From positions 213,763-277,762 of IMG/VR virus record IMGVR_UViG_3300027710_000010: 64,000 bases of DNA. One strand, 5' to 3'. How positions within the stretch are numbered: position 1 is the stretch's first letter; every line of letters begins with the position of its first letter. This DNA comes from a virus (taxonomy: Duplodnaviria; Heunggongvirae; Uroviricota; Caudoviricetes). The notes below the pieces were generated by a model, which saw only the letters and a program-made list of their open reading frames with translations, was not told the origin of the DNA and searched no databases. The position numbers and the translations under genes are program-made. Shown here one piece after another: positions 1 through 11,800 of this stretch.

Positions 1-713
1 GTTCCAGCGCCAGATATTACATCAAATGTAGCACAATAGATCTGTCCTTCAACGAATGCAGATGTCGGAACACTAGTCAAATAACTAGTATCGCTACCTG
101 ATTTTACTGCTTGTCCGCCGGTAACTGACCATTGAGTACCTTGTGTCCATCCAGTTGCTGAACTAAAATCGCCGTTAGTTACTAAGTTAGGACCAAATGC
201 ACTAGCACATCCTCTTTTACCAAATTGATCATAAGTATCACTACCGTATCTTTGTCCGCCGTTGCCAGCGCCGTCGCCGCCCTTGCCAACTACTACAGTA
301 TATGGTTGACCAGCAGTTACTGAATAACTTGTATTGTATACTACACCGCCTGCACCACCTCCGCTGCCGCTATGTCGGCCACCACCACCACCACCGGCAA
401 TACATAATACTTCGATAGTGCCGGTGTATCTAGGAGTAAAGGTGTGTATACCTGCACTTAAAAATTGATGTACTTTATATACATCACTTTGATATGTTAT
501 ATGTTGACCTGAGGTTGTGCTAACATCTGCGTGATTTTTTATGCCTACTGAATGACTAAATCTTCTCCAACTTGTTCCGTTATAAATTTCTGTATATTTT
601 AAGTCCGTGTTGTAACGCATTGCCCCAACTGCTGGGCTACCTGGTCGTTGTGCAGTTGTACCAATAGCTGGTTGGGCATATGTTGACGTAATTGTTGTTT
701 GTAGATTTGCCAT
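1..713 (-). CDS. Glycine-rich fibre/adhesin protein, runs off the window edge (not in ORF track)
   Basis: Manual translation from ATG at 713: MANLQTTITSTYAQPAIGTTAQRPGSPAVGAMRYNTDLKYTEIYNGTSW...IEVLCIAGGGGGG...GGGAGGVVYN...FGPNLVTNGDFSSATGW; open to the window end; starts 3 nt after the stop of 717..3152. Confidence 0.85.
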   Translation of the reverse strand, partial: MANLQTTITSTYAQPAIGTTAQRPGSPAVGAMRYNTDLKYTEIYNGTSWRRFSHSVGIKNHADVSTTSGQHITYQSDVYKVHQFLSAGIHTFTPRYTGTIEVLCIAGGGGGGRHSGSGGGAGGVVYNTSYSVTAGQPYTVVVGKGGDGAGNGGQRYGSDTYDQFGKRGCASAFGPNLVTNGDFSSATGWTQGTQWSVTGGQAVKSGSDTSYLTSVPTSAFVEGQIYCATFDVISGAG

Positions 714-716
714 AGT

Positions 717-3152
717 TTACATTCCGTACCTATTTTTCATTGCTTGATAATTAGTCATGATTTCGCCAGATGTTAGAGTTTTTGTATATATTCTTGCGGC
801 GCCTATATATCCAGGCATTGCGTAATTTGCATTGCTAAATCCCCAACCAGAATACATGCCAATTCTATAAGCATTGGTTAATGTTAGTCCTGAGAAATTA
901 CTAGTGCCTTGCGTAAGTAGTAGGCCGTCTAAATACATGCGCCATTGATTGCCATCTCTAGTAGTGGCCATGTGATGCCAAGCGTTAGCTGATAATGCAA
1001 TGCCGTTGATGTTTGTTTCAACCCCACTATTACCTGTTGTAAAGTTAACTACCCCTGCACTAGCATAATCCCAAAGAAAATAACTGTTGGTCCCACCATC
1101 CCCGCCATCGCCTCTAAGATCAATTATATAAGCTCTTGCATACGTGGCATCTTTAAGGCTAGTTACATATATCCAAAAATCATAACTATGATTCACACCT
1201 AAATACAAGTTAGGATTTGACATACTAATGTAATCATTAGTGCCATCTAGTCTAACAAATTTGTAATTCGTAGTTGCTACTGGAAGTGCCCCGTTAGATA
1301 ATGTACCGATTGATCCTCCGGCAGTATCATATAGTTTAGACGTGTTAATAGGCAAAGACGATGGTGCTGGATTACATGCTGGATCGTTGAGATCTAAATT
1401 AATAGCCAATTGATCAGTGACATATGATTGTCTATCTTCGACTTTACTTTGTAATTCAAACCTATTAAGTTGTGCGTTGTAATTCTGTTTAACTTGGACT
1501 GGAGTTAGTGCAGTTGTATACAAACTAGTACACGCTATTTTCCCGTTCCATACACTTGTGCCTGCACTCCATGATAATGAACCAATGTAAAATACTGAAC
1601 CATTTGGAGTTGTCAACCCGCTGCAAGTAGTTGTTCCGGTCATGTTACCATTTAGATAAAACGTAACAGTTGTGCCGTTCCATACTGCACAAACATGCTG
1701 CCAAGTATTTGCTACGGCTGTTGCTCCTGTAGCATTAAAATCATGAGTGCCTCCCGATCCGTAACCAATAGCACTCCACACTCCACTTTCTGCCCTAATC
1801 CCACGAGCAGTACCGCTTACGCCACCGCCAACACTCATTACATACGAATCAGTACTAACTTGATTTGGATACACCCATGCTGATATTGTAATCGTTGACG
1901 TTTGATGTTGCGTAAATGTACCACTTACTGCATAATCATTTGTGCCGTCAAACACTATTGCGCCGCCATTGGCTGATGAATAAGTCGGTCCGTTGGTCAA
2001 TGTTGCATTGTTGCCAAGTCCTGACATATCTATCCAAGTAGTCCCTGAGCTATACCTAGCTCCGTCTAAATATGCCACTAATCCGTCAGTTACTATGTCG
2101 TCCCCAATTGGAGCGGTTTTCCATTTGTTAGATGCTTCATAATTCTCGAATGTATTTGCAACTGTATTAAAACGAGTTTGTCCTGTGGGCTGTGTGGTTG
2201 CGGTTGCTAGTGCGTATCTAATGATAACTATGCCAGATCCACCAGCGCCACCGCCAAGATTGGAATACTGAAATCCACCACCACCACCACCAGTTCCATT
2301 AACACCGCTGGCCGATGATCTTACGGCAGCGCCACCGGATACTGCTGTATACCCGCCTACACCACCACCCCCTATACCACCTAAACCATATGTAGCTGTT
2401 GCGGGAGAAAACAACCCAGTTCCTAACTGAGTTCCGCCACCGCCACCACCATACCAAGTAGGTGTTCCACTTATGTTGTAATTAACACCTGGCCCACCAA
2501 ATCCACCGTTTATTGAATCAGGGCCGCCACCAGGACCACCTGCACCTCCACCACCACAAGTCGAGTAGTTTATTGGAGTTGATGCTCCGTCACCAAAGAA
2601 CCCCCCTCCTTGATGTCCTTGTCCGGGAGTGCCAGCGCCACCAACAGTAAACGAGCTACCGTTGTCACTTGCGCCACCACCTGATCCGCCATTGTTTCTA
2701 CTTGCGGCCGTGCTGCCTTGACTTAGGCCAGCGCCGCCACCAATAGCAGTCAATGTGGCAAATACACTATTACTACCTGGATTACCAGTATTGCTTACTT
2801 GTGTGGCCGCTGTTCCGCCTTGACCTACTGTAACAGTATAACTTGTAGACGGAGTAACTGGGAAAGCGGAGTTGTATATTACTCCACCAGCGCCTCCTCC
2901 ACCACCGTGATAGCCGCCACCAGCACCGCCACCAGCAACTACCAATACTTCAATATTAGTTACGCCAGTTGGACAAGTCCAGCTTGTGCTTGTTGTAGTT
3001 GCACTTCCAGATAATGTAGTAACTGCCTGTGTTCCAGTGTTAGTCCACTGTACAATAACTGTACTAGACAAACTGGGCCTGTTGGCGTTGTTACCACTTG
3101 GCAGCGTCAAGCTACCGGTATCATTAACGGATAGGCTTGCTAACTGTGCCAT
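717..3152 (-). CDS. Virion fibre tip/adhesin: one glycine-rich domain plus two LamG/concanavalin-A-like lectin domains
   Basis: 811 aa; VEVLVVAGGG...GGSGIVIIRY domain; two LamG-like units (FDGTNDY...WQHVCAVW...YLNG; LDGTNDY...WHHMATTRDG...MYLDG). Confidence 0.8.
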   Translation of the reverse strand: MAQLASLSVNDTGSLTLPSGNNANRPSLSSTVIVQWTNTGTQAVTTLSGSATTTSTSWTCPTGVTNIEVLVVAGGGAGGGYHGGGGGAGGVIYNSAFPVTPSTSYTVTVGQGGTAATQVSNTGNPGSNSVFATLTAIGGGAGLSQGSTAASRNNGGSGGGASDNGSSFTVGGAGTPGQGHQGGGFFGDGASTPINYSTCGGGGAGGPGGGPDSINGGFGGPGVNYNISGTPTWYGGGGGGTQLGTGLFSPATATYGLGGIGGGGVGGYTAVSGGAAVRSSASGVNGTGGGGGGFQYSNLGGGAGGSGIVIIRYALATATTQPTGQTRFNTVANTFENYEASNKWKTAPIGDDIVTDGLVAYLDGARYSSGTTWIDMSGLGNNATLTNGPTYSSANGGAIVFDGTNDYAVSGTFTQHQTSTITISAWVYPNQVSTDSYVMSVGGGVSGTARGIRAESGVWSAIGYGSGGTHDFNATGATAVANTWQHVCAVWNGTTVTFYLNGNMTGTTTCSGLTTPNGSVFYIGSLSWSAGTSVWNGKIACTSLYTTALTPVQVKQNYNAQLNRFELQSKVEDRQSYVTDQLAINLDLNDPACNPAPSSLPINTSKLYDTAGGSIGTLSNGALPVATTNYKFVRLDGTNDYISMSNPNLYLGVNHSYDFWIYVTSLKDATYARAYIIDLRGDGGDGGTNSYFLWDYASAGVVNFTTGNSGVETNINGIALSANAWHHMATTRDGNQWRMYLDGLLLTQGTSNFSGLTLTNAYRIGMYSGWGFSNANYAMPGYIGAARIYTKTLTSGEIMTNYQAMKNRYGM

Positions 3153-3153
3153 A

Positions 3154-6100
3154 TTATTTGTTACCTTTTAACTCATCAATTTCTGCTTTAAGTGTCTTAA
3201 TAGCTTCTACCAAATATGCTGTTAACTTAGTGTACTGAATGCCTAATGGATTGCCATTTTCATCTTTACTGACCAAGTTTGGAATAACTTTGTTAACATC
3301 TTCAGCAATAAGTCCAATCTCGTCTTTGCGTGAACCGTCTCGACGATCATAACTTACACCACATAATTGTAGTACACTGTCAAGTGCATTAGTTAAAGGA
3401 TTTACATTTTCTTTTAATGTAATACTTGAACTTTCTGTTAGTGCTGTTACAGTTAATGTACCAGTACTTGGTGTAAATGTTATACCACTGCTTGCTATAA
3501 ATGCTGTTGTCAAACTGCCAGTAGTAGTTGAAGCAAATGTTGGATAGAATGTTGAAGAACTACTACTATTGCTAATAGTTGCGCCTGCTGCCGCCCAACT
3601 TAATGTACCACTGCCGTTAGTTACCAGTGCATACCCGTTTGTACCGTCAGCCGTTGGTAATGTATATGTTACACTACCCGCGGTTGCTGGCACTGTAAAT
3701 GTTACTGCACCGCTACTTGATCCTTGAATTGCAATACTGCCTTTTACAGCAAATGCACCTGTACTTGGATTAAAGCTAAACTTTGAACTAGAAACACTAG
3801 CACTTGTTACAGTACCGCTAGTTGCTGTTGTAAACAATGGATAGAAAGTACTGTTAGTTGAACTGTCACTTACAGTAACGGCTGCATCCGCCCACTGCAT
3901 TCCACTTGATGTTGTTTGTAGGAACTTACCGTTAGTACCAGCAGATCCATTAATTGTAATCTTGCTTGTTGAAGCAACATCTATGCTACCAGTAGTAGTT
4001 AGCGCACCAATTTTTAGATCACTATATGTAGCTGATGTAAAATCGACAGTAGTAGTTGGTTCAGGAATTACACCTTTGAACAATTTCCAAACACCGTCAT
4101 TTGCGTCACGTACAAATCCAGTATGTTGATATCCACCATTTGTGAATGAACTAACAAAACCAATATCAACAACGTCGGCTGGATTATCGTCACCCATATA
4201 AATCAAGCTGTCTGCTACATTATAATTTGTTGTGTTGATAATTGTTTGCGTGCCGTTAACTGTCAAGTTTCCGTCTACGACTAAATTATTACCAATAGTA
4301 ACATTGTGTGTAACACGCAGATCATTCTCAACAGTTAAATCGCTGTTAATTGTTACAGCTGGTGTAAATGTAATTCCAGAACTATCAGTAGAATCAAGAG
4401 TTGTTCCGTTAACACTAATAGCATCAATTATAACGCTGCCAGTACCACTTGGTGTAACAATAATGTCTTCGTTGCTGTTTTTTCCGATAATGTTATTTTG
4501 GAAGTAACGAATACTACCAGTATCTACTTCGCTAATATTAATAGTTGCCGGCGCCTCACTTGTACCAGTAACGCTTAATGCACCAAACTCGTCAGTGATA
4601 GTTAATGATCCCAGTGTAATAGAACCCGGACCCACGTACACGTGATTCCATCTATTACTTGGTGTGCCTAATGTCAGTATATTATCGTTAACAGGCACAA
4701 CGTTAGTTGACACTACTTCAAAGTATCCACGCACTGCGGCTTCTGTCGGGACTGCTTCGTTTGAGTCGCCACTTAGTGTGTAATCACTTGAGAATTCGTT
4801 AACTAGTTCGCCTAATTGTGCTCCAATTGAGCCTAATCGTAAACTTGTAAGACCCGACAAGTCGAATGCCGATGCATTAAGTGTTGCTCGCCCAGTTGCT
4901 TGGTCTACACGGAAGTAGTCGCCAACACGGAAATTACCGTCTTGATCTGTACTTACGTAGAACACACGACCTGGGAATGATTCAATTACTTCATTTGCTT
5001 GACTTGCTGCCTGTAATGGAGCATTTGGATAGTTAGTGTCAGTTCTTCCACCAGTACCAATACTTAAGAAGTCATGACCTGTTAATCTGCTTTGACTGTA
5101 GTTATATCTAACTGTGACGGCAGCGTTGTTTGCGCTAGGATTTATTTTTTCATTAGCTAAAACAAGAATTAAAACACTAGTAATATTAGTCCAAGACCCG
5201 CCCACACTTTGGACGATGTAACTTGTTGCGTCTCCAGCAATTTGTAAACTTGCACCAGGTCTTGGTAAAGCATTGAAACCGTCAGCAACAAGCACAAATC
5301 CTTTTTGTCCAGCTACTCCGCCAGTTGCAATATCTGCTGTTATACCCTCGCCGTTGTCAATAGTGTCAGTATCTAAGAAAGTGCCACTTGTTGAACTATA
5401 ATAAATTTTGCCTACAGCAGTTTGTACGTTAGTAATCTGACCTATAGCACCGCTTACTGAACCAGTTATGGTATCACCAACACTAAATTCGCCACCAGTT
5501 AATGTTAACTCGTCATATGTTATTTGCTCACCATACAATGCGCCAGTTAATGGCGTTTCATCTGCATCAAATCCGCGACTTATTACACCATATGTGCCAT
5601 AACTGTTGTTACCTGATAAAGAACGAATCTTACCGCCACTAGTTGTGGCATATCCAAACCAGCAGTAATATGTAAAACAACTTACAATTTCTGCTTTGCC
5701 CTGACCAGCTACCCAATATCCAACACCATCACTATTAATAACAGTGTATGCGTGGAATACCATAGACTTATAACCAGTGGCATGTACGTCACCGTCTACA
5801 ATAGCTCCAATGCCGCCGTCACTAAAACACGCACATTCTAAAATGTACGGTGACTTGTTTAAAATTGGACTATCTGGATCAAATGCAACATATACACCTG
5901 CAATGGTTGCTTCTTCAATATCTTCAGGGAATGATAAATTTGGTTGGAATCCGGTCATGCCACTAAAATACATTTTGTGTAGCATAGATCCGTCACCCAA
6001 CATCCACATAGTGCCTTCACTGTAGTCACTTGCTAATGTTACTGTTTGGGATGATATAGTCTGACTTGAACATGATACTGTTAATGTAGTAAAACCAGTA

Positions 6101-6822
6101 GTGGGCGTATTTAATGCAATAGCAGTAATTGTTACTGTACCACTAATACTTGTACCAGTTACGACTGCCCCAACTTGCCACTCATTACCTGTTATCAGAG
6201 CGTCTTGAACTACAATAGTTGTTGACGTGGCTGCGCCTACAGTCGCTGTAACAGTTGCTCCAGTTACACTAATATCTATAGGGCGTACTTGTGTAGTTCT
6301 TTGACCATCACCATAAACTGAAACACCTGCAGGGACCTTAATAGGTAGTTGTTCGTAATATGTACCTGTCTTTACGAAGATAACAGCTGGTCCAACCACT
6401 GTTTCGCAAGCATGTTTAATTGTAGCAAATGCAAGATTTAAGTTAGTACCGTCATTAGCATCATTGCCATCTTGACTGACATAATAAACATTTTCAGCAG
6501 TAACTAGGTCGTCCCACGTTGGTATGCCATCTTTAACAAATAGCACTTGACCGTCATCACCAATTGGTAATTTTGTATCAACCATTGCCCCGCGATAAAT
6601 CATGTCGCCTTGGGTATCAGTTGGACTGCCGTCTCCAGAGACCATTAAGTCCCATTTGTTGGCAGCGAGATCAGTAGCAAAACTGCCTGTTGAAGTGTGG
6701 TTTAGAATAGCAACATATGAGTTACCGTTATTTCTAACTACGTCATCTTTAACATAGTCGGTAGATGATGTCCATGCACCTTGCCACTTAAATTTAATTC
6801 TACCTAATCTAAAATCTGCCAT
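3154..6822 (-). CDS. Tailspike/fibre protein, paralogue 1: beta-helix-type body with C-terminal intramolecular chaperone (peptidase S74-like)
   Basis: 1222 aa; VYYVSQDGNDANDG...FATIKHA...VKTGTYYE motif typical of pectin-lyase-like beta-helix starts; C-terminus SSITLKENV...IGLIAEDV...YTKLTAYLVEAIKTL coiled coil. Confidence 0.8.
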   Translation of the reverse strand: MADFRLGRIKFKWQGAWTSSTDYVKDDVVRNNGNSYVAILNHTSTGSFATDLAANKWDLMVSGDGSPTDTQGDMIYRGAMVDTKLPIGDDGQVLFVKDGIPTWDDLVTAENVYYVSQDGNDANDGTNLNLAFATIKHACETVVGPAVIFVKTGTYYEQLPIKVPAGVSVYGDGQRTTQVRPIDISVTGATVTATVGAATSTTIVVQDALITGNEWQVGAVVTGTSISGTVTITAIALNTPTTGFTTLTVSCSSQTISSQTVTLASDYSEGTMWMLGDGSMLHKMYFSGMTGFQPNLSFPEDIEEATIAGVYVAFDPDSPILNKSPYILECACFSDGGIGAIVDGDVHATGYKSMVFHAYTVINSDGVGYWVAGQGKAEIVSCFTYYCWFGYATTSGGKIRSLSGNNSYGTYGVISRGFDADETPLTGALYGEQITYDELTLTGGEFSVGDTITGSVSGAIGQITNVQTAVGKIYYSSTSGTFLDTDTIDNGEGITADIATGGVAGQKGFVLVADGFNALPRPGASLQIAGDATSYIVQSVGGSWTNITSVLILVLANEKINPSANNAAVTVRYNYSQSRLTGHDFLSIGTGGRTDTNYPNAPLQAASQANEVIESFPGRVFYVSTDQDGNFRVGDYFRVDQATGRATLNASAFDLSGLTSLRLGSIGAQLGELVNEFSSDYTLSGDSNEAVPTEAAVRGYFEVVSTNVVPVNDNILTLGTPSNRWNHVYVGPGSITLGSLTITDEFGALSVTGTSEAPATINISEVDTGSIRYFQNNIIGKNSNEDIIVTPSGTGSVIIDAISVNGTTLDSTDSSGITFTPAVTINSDLTVENDLRVTHNVTIGNNLVVDGNLTVNGTQTIINTTNYNVADSLIYMGDDNPADVVDIGFVSSFTNGGYQHTGFVRDANDGVWKLFKGVIPEPTTTVDFTSATYSDLKIGALTTTGSIDVASTSKITINGSAGTNGKFLQTTSSGMQWADAAVTVSDSSTNSTFYPLFTTATSGTVTSASVSSSKFSFNPSTGAFAVKGSIAIQGSSSGAVTFTVPATAGSVTYTLPTADGTNGYALVTNGSGTLSWAAAGATISNSSSSSTFYPTFASTTTGSLTTAFIASSGITFTPSTGTLTVTALTESSSITLKENVNPLTNALDSVLQLCGVSYDRRDGSRKDEIGLIAEDVNKVIPNLVSKDENGNPLGIQYTKLTAYLVEAIKTLKAEIDELKGNK

Positions 6823-6836
6823 TTTTTATTCCTAAT

Positions 6837-7202
6837 TTATTTTGGTTCTGTATAGGTGTAGGGCTTGTTTGTTCTCACACAAAAATAGCCTTCGTCATCT
6901 ATATAATAGAAAACATCTTTACTGCCGTTATACCACTGGTCATATCTGGTTGTATTCAACCCTTGACCAGTAGTGTCATTATAATCATCAATGTAATTTT
7001 CAAACATTGTAAAGAATGTTGTATCTGATGCTGCCAAATTGAGATCTGCATCTATAGTTTCCGTGCCTGTACCACTATACAATGCCTTAGTGTAAACTAG
7101 CATTCCGTCATCAACTGTTAATGCATGTAGAGCTGTGGGTAGTGTATATTGACTTCCACCACCACCTGTGCCTTCTGCTAAATTTCTTGCTAAACTGGGC
7201 AT
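6837..7202 (-). CDS. Small spike-partner protein, paralogue 1
   Basis: ATG at 7202 preceded by GAGGA; C-terminal YDQW...YYIDDEG...VRTN.PYTY motif shared with 22324..22632 and 34320..34676. Confidence 0.7.
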   Translation of the reverse strand: MPSLARNLAEGTGGGGSQYTLPTALHALTVDDGMLVYTKALYSGTGTETIDADLNLAASDTTFFTMFENYIDDYNDTTGQGLNTTRYDQWYNGSKDVFYYIDDEGYFCVRTNKPYTYTEPK

Positions 7203-7224
7203 ATTATCCAATCCTCATATAAGA

Positions 7225-7233
7225 TATTTATCG
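7225..7233 (-). promoter_or_regulatory. T4-type late promoter (CGATAAATA)
   Basis: Intergenic TAAATA core upstream of the RBS; same motif recurs before many structural genes. Confidence 0.65.
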
Positions 7234-7236
7234 TAA

Positions 7237-8775
7237 TCAGTAAAGAGCGGTCCAGCTTACGCCATTGTAGAACACTGGATACGGTAATCCCAAGTTAGTT
7301 CCTTTAGGATCCCACCCTGCGGTAACACCGTTTGCCACGGCAAATGTTCCTACTGCTGGAGTTGGCGGTGGAGTTGATGATACTGCTAAAGTTAAATTAT
7401 CAGTAGTTAAAGATGCTGTTGTAACATATCCTGTTAAGCCATCAATAATTCTAGTGCTGTTATCTGCAAATACTGAACCAACTAAGTCTCCTACATGTGT
7501 CCCACGTAGTATACCAGAAATGCTGTCTACCAAAACTGTACTATTATCAGCAAATACTGAACCAGTGACATCACCGTCCCATACTACTGGTTTATTTGCT
7601 AAATCATTCCAACTACCGCTGAACAAAGTAGGTTTGTTTAAAATTACAGCAAAGCCAGAACTTGCACCCCAATCTGCTTGTATATGATTTCCGGCTATTA
7701 ACACATTGCCTTCAATGTCTGTAGAAACAGTTACAGTTCCGGACCCCAAAAACGCAATGTTTTCTCCGTTATTAATTAACTTTGTTGTACTGTCATTACC
7801 TGATACATAAAATTTAAATGCTTCAGGTATTACAGGTTTGTTAGATAGGTCAGTATAACTGCCCGTAGTTGCTACTGAAGCAAACGCGGGTTTGTCATTT
7901 ACATCAGCCCAATCTACACTGGTCAAATACCCGCTGTCATTAGTAAATGTTGATATGTTTGACGGGATTGTTGGTATTGTTGGTTGATCAGTTAAGTCGT
8001 CGTAACTTCCGCTAGTTGCCACTGCGGCGAATATTGGTTTTTCTGCCAACTCAGTCCAGCTTGTTGCTACTGTAACAAATGTTAAGTTTCCACTACCATC
8101 AGTTGCTAACACTTGATTTAAAACACCGTCACTAACATCTAATTCTGTAATGCCAATAGTGTTAGCCTTGATTTGTGCGTTGGCAACTGTTCCTTCTAAA
8201 TCACCACCGACTGTGGGATCTTGTGTAGGCAATGTAATAAACTCTAATTGCCCAATGCCATTTACGCTTAATACTTGTCCACTTGTGCCTGAAGCATTTA
8301 ATTCTTGTGCTGTAATACTGCCAGCTGGCACCATAGCCGCAGTAACTGGGGTAAAATACCGTACAGTTATTTCTGAACCATCTGGAGGAGGATTAGTTGT
8401 GCTACCGTCTAAGTCAATAAATCGAATTCTATTGGGATAGCTTAGGTTGAAGTCTACTTCAGCAGTCAGCGTAACACCGTTCATTGTTACAATAACGTTT
8501 TTACTGTCGTCAACAGTGGCTGATAATTCAAATTCTACAGTGGTATCATCACCAGTAAAATACTCAACGTTAACAAATGGGTACGGACCCATGCTACCCC
8601 AGGTAACGCCATTGTAACCTTCAAATACATCAAGGTCAGTATTGTAACGAATTTCTCCGGGCTGGGGTGTAGAATTACGCTGGGCAGTGGTGCCCGTAGG
8701 AATGACGATGCCAGTATCGCCCTGAAATACTAGATTCTGCTTTATTTGCCCACTACCAGCACGGGTTTTGCTCAT
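7237..8775 (-). CDS. Virion fibre/structural protein
   Basis: 512 aa; intact GTTAQR...IRYNT...FEGYNG..W motif; SGSYxDLxxKP-type repeats; two GSVFADNST repeats. Confidence 0.7.
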   Translation of the reverse strand: MSKTRAGSGQIKQNLVFQGDTGIVIPTGTTAQRNSTPQPGEIRYNTDLDVFEGYNGVTWGSMGPYPFVNVEYFTGDDTTVEFELSATVDDSKNVIVTMNGVTLTAEVDFNLSYPNRIRFIDLDGSTTNPPPDGSEITVRYFTPVTAAMVPAGSITAQELNASGTSGQVLSVNGIGQLEFITLPTQDPTVGGDLEGTVANAQIKANTIGITELDVSDGVLNQVLATDGSGNLTFVTVATSWTELAEKPIFAAVATSGSYDDLTDQPTIPTIPSNISTFTNDSGYLTSVDWADVNDKPAFASVATTGSYTDLSNKPVIPEAFKFYVSGNDSTTKLINNGENIAFLGSGTVTVSTDIEGNVLIAGNHIQADWGASSGFAVILNKPTLFSGSWNDLANKPVVWDGDVTGSVFADNSTVLVDSISGILRGTHVGDLVGSVFADNSTRIIDGLTGYVTTASLTTDNLTLAVSSTPPPTPAVGTFAVANGVTAGWDPKGTNLGLPYPVFYNGVSWTALY

Positions 8776-8804
8776 ACACTATCCTTTAGATAGTGTATTT
8801 ATTC
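8774..8804 (-). promoter_or_regulatory. Late promoter (GAATAAATA) overlapping a 10-bp hairpin that covers the RBS and ATG
   Basis: Minus strand AATAA-ATACACTATC-TAAAG-GATAGTGTAT-G; perfect inverted repeat 8774-8783/8789-8798. Confidence 0.7.
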
Positions 8805-8821
8805 TATGCTAGGTTAACAGC

Positions 8822-11800
8822 TTAGGCAATAATTACAATTCTTCCATCAGAAGTTGTTATAGAACCGCCAGCACTTGGAGCAATTCCACCGTATCCTGAC
8901 GCACCATCATAGTAAGCACTCGATGTATTTGCAGGCGTTCTTCCAGAACCACTATAACCAGTGCAACTATAAGGAACAGTGTTGGATCCTCCTAGACCAG
9001 GATCGCCGTTACCTGCGTTAGCTGAAGAGCCAGAGCCACCACCGCCACCACCGCCGCCGCCACCAGTTCCAGGATAACCAGCATAAGTGCCAGCTCCAGA
9101 AGTAAATGTGCCTGAACTACCTCGGCCAGTACCGCCAGTTCCTGCTCCAGCACCACCAGCACCACCATTTGCTGATGGATTTGATCCCGTGTAACCAGCT
9201 CCAGCTGCACCGCCGCCACCTGCGGCAACTAATAATGTAGTTACAGTCGAAGCACGTAGAATTGAACTTGCTCCACCGCCCGAACCTGCTGTACCAGCGT
9301 TAGATCCTGCTCCATCGCCAATACCGTTTACACCACCACCACCGTAAATGCTGGCAGCTAACACTGTACTTGTGTTTCCACCGTTTAGCACACCGCCCGA
9401 TAATGCGTCAACACCTTGTCCAACTTTAATTGTTAAAGTTTCGCCTGGAATAACATCTAAGAACCCTTCTACAGATCCAGCTCCACCGCCGCTACCAGTT
9501 AATGCTCCAGCAGTAGAGGGTGTTCCTGCCGATCCGCCTGCACCCCAAGCTGCCACTCTAATTCTACTTACACCTGCTGGCACTACATAACTTTGATCTG
9601 CACCAGTATAGCCAAATACTGAAACTGCTGGACTACGTCTAGACACTGCTGGCGATTCTGCGTTAGCGCCTTTGAATGGATTTTCAGCAAAGGCAGCAAA
9701 TATATGAGTAACCCCGCTAGCATTTACTCTTCCGTTGGACCTTAACTTAAATCCGTTAGATACAACATCAAATAATTCAGATGTATTGCCATTTTCTTCC
9801 GATGTTGCGCTGTTTGCAAAGATACTGCGTTCACCTACTGTACTATTGTAAGGGTCACGAGCAGTGTCTATCATTACCCACTGACTTGTACTAGATACGG
9901 CTTTAATTAAAATAAATCTAGGTTTAAATCCACAATGAATAAATGGGCCATCACTAGATCCGTTTGCAGTATATTTGCCAAACTTACTAAATCCTGGAAT
10001 TTCGTTCCAAAAGTATCCAACGTAATTTGTTGCTGAACCATTAATATTTGCCAGGCCGTTTGCACCTTGCACAGCAGTAATAGTAGTTGCACCAACTGTT
10101 GCTGTTCCAAAAGAGAATACTGCTTCTGCGTCAGTTGCATTTAACGTTAATCCATAAGTTGATCCTGATAATCCCGTATGCCATGCATACCAGTTAGCTA
10201 CTGAATTACGTGATTTAATTATGAACATGGACGGTGCAGAAGTTAATCCGTGACCAATAGTAGCACCGTTAGTATTATTTCCAGACCAAGTAGCAACACT
10301 AAATCCACTAGTAGTGTTAGCACTAACTGAACTAGTAATAGAGCCAGAAGTATTACTTACTGGGGCTCCGCCGGCCTTCCAACCCCATACTACATGTGAA
10401 TTTCCTATCAAATTCATTCCGCCACCGTAGGGTTCTGATGAATAAGTAAATCCGTTAGAAGTAAATGATACGTTATCAGCGCCTTCTATACTTGTGGCAT
10501 TTGAGTATAGACTTGGACTACTAGTCGCACCACGTACTCGATCAAATAATCGATGGAACCCTGAACTATTTCTATCTTTAACCCAGATCAAATCTGGTTG
10601 GAAATTAAATCCTCCAACTGTTAATGGATATGATCCAGTGCCAGTGTAAGTTACTGCATCAAAATATTGATTGGGCGTCAATGCCGCGGCATTAGTTGCT
10701 TTTGATAACGATTTAGTGTTTAGTGTATTGAATCCTACAGGCGCGGCATATATAAACGGAGTTTGTCCGAAGTTTGCAGTAATTTGTTTTACCCCAGAAA
10801 CATTGTCCCAATGAAACATTGGTGTAATTTTAGTATTTGCTGTCCAAGATGCTACTGGACTTGTACCTGTTGCTGGTGCGCCTTGTATCCACACACCGTT
10901 CTTTGCATACCAAATATATCCAGCATCCGCGTCCACTGCTACACTGATCACGTCGCCGTCAGTGTATGTCGGTATTCCGCTTATTGTAAAACTTCCTGTA
11001 CTATTAGTTCCAGTTCCGTTGCCTCGATAGTTCACACGATACTGATCATTTAACCATATACCTGTCATCGGTGCACCAGTACTAATGATACTATTCATTT
11101 TTACTTCCCAATACCACTTACCGGTAGTTGCAGAAATAGTGCCAAAGGTTGTTGATCCAGTACTGCCTGTACTTGTGTATGTTAAATTGCCATTTGAAAA
11201 TGCTCTAGTATCTAATAGTGTTATGTCAACTGGTGGTGCTATGTTATTCCAAGTACAATAGTTACCAATGACTTCACCACCAGATTGCATGTCATGCCCA
11301 TAATTAGTTGGGCTGTCAACTACGCTGTCTTCTGTAAATCCAACTTCAGAGGCTGTTGTATAACGAACTATAACAATACCAGAACCGCCAGCACCTGATG
11401 AACCAACATAGATGCCGCCACCGCCTGATCCAGTGTTAGTTGCTCCAGCAGTTACAGTACCAGATCCTCCTGATCCTGCTCCCCCGTTGCCGCCAACTCC
11501 AGATCCTCCAAGTGCGCCAGGTAAACTATTACCGCTTGCGCCACCGCCGCCGGCATAAAATTGAGATGTGCCGCTAATTCTAAACTGTAATCCGGCTCCC
11601 CCAGCTCCTGGAGCAGAACCTGATCCATTTCCACCAAGGGCGCCTGCACCGCCGCCACCTGATGCCACACCGGTTGCTGATGTGTTCCCGCCAGCAAATC
11701 CTTGACCAGCGGTACCAGCACCGCCGTACCCTCGTGCATCAGGCACTGCATACTCGCCAGATCCGCCTCCAGATCCACCAGCTACACCAGCAAAACCATT

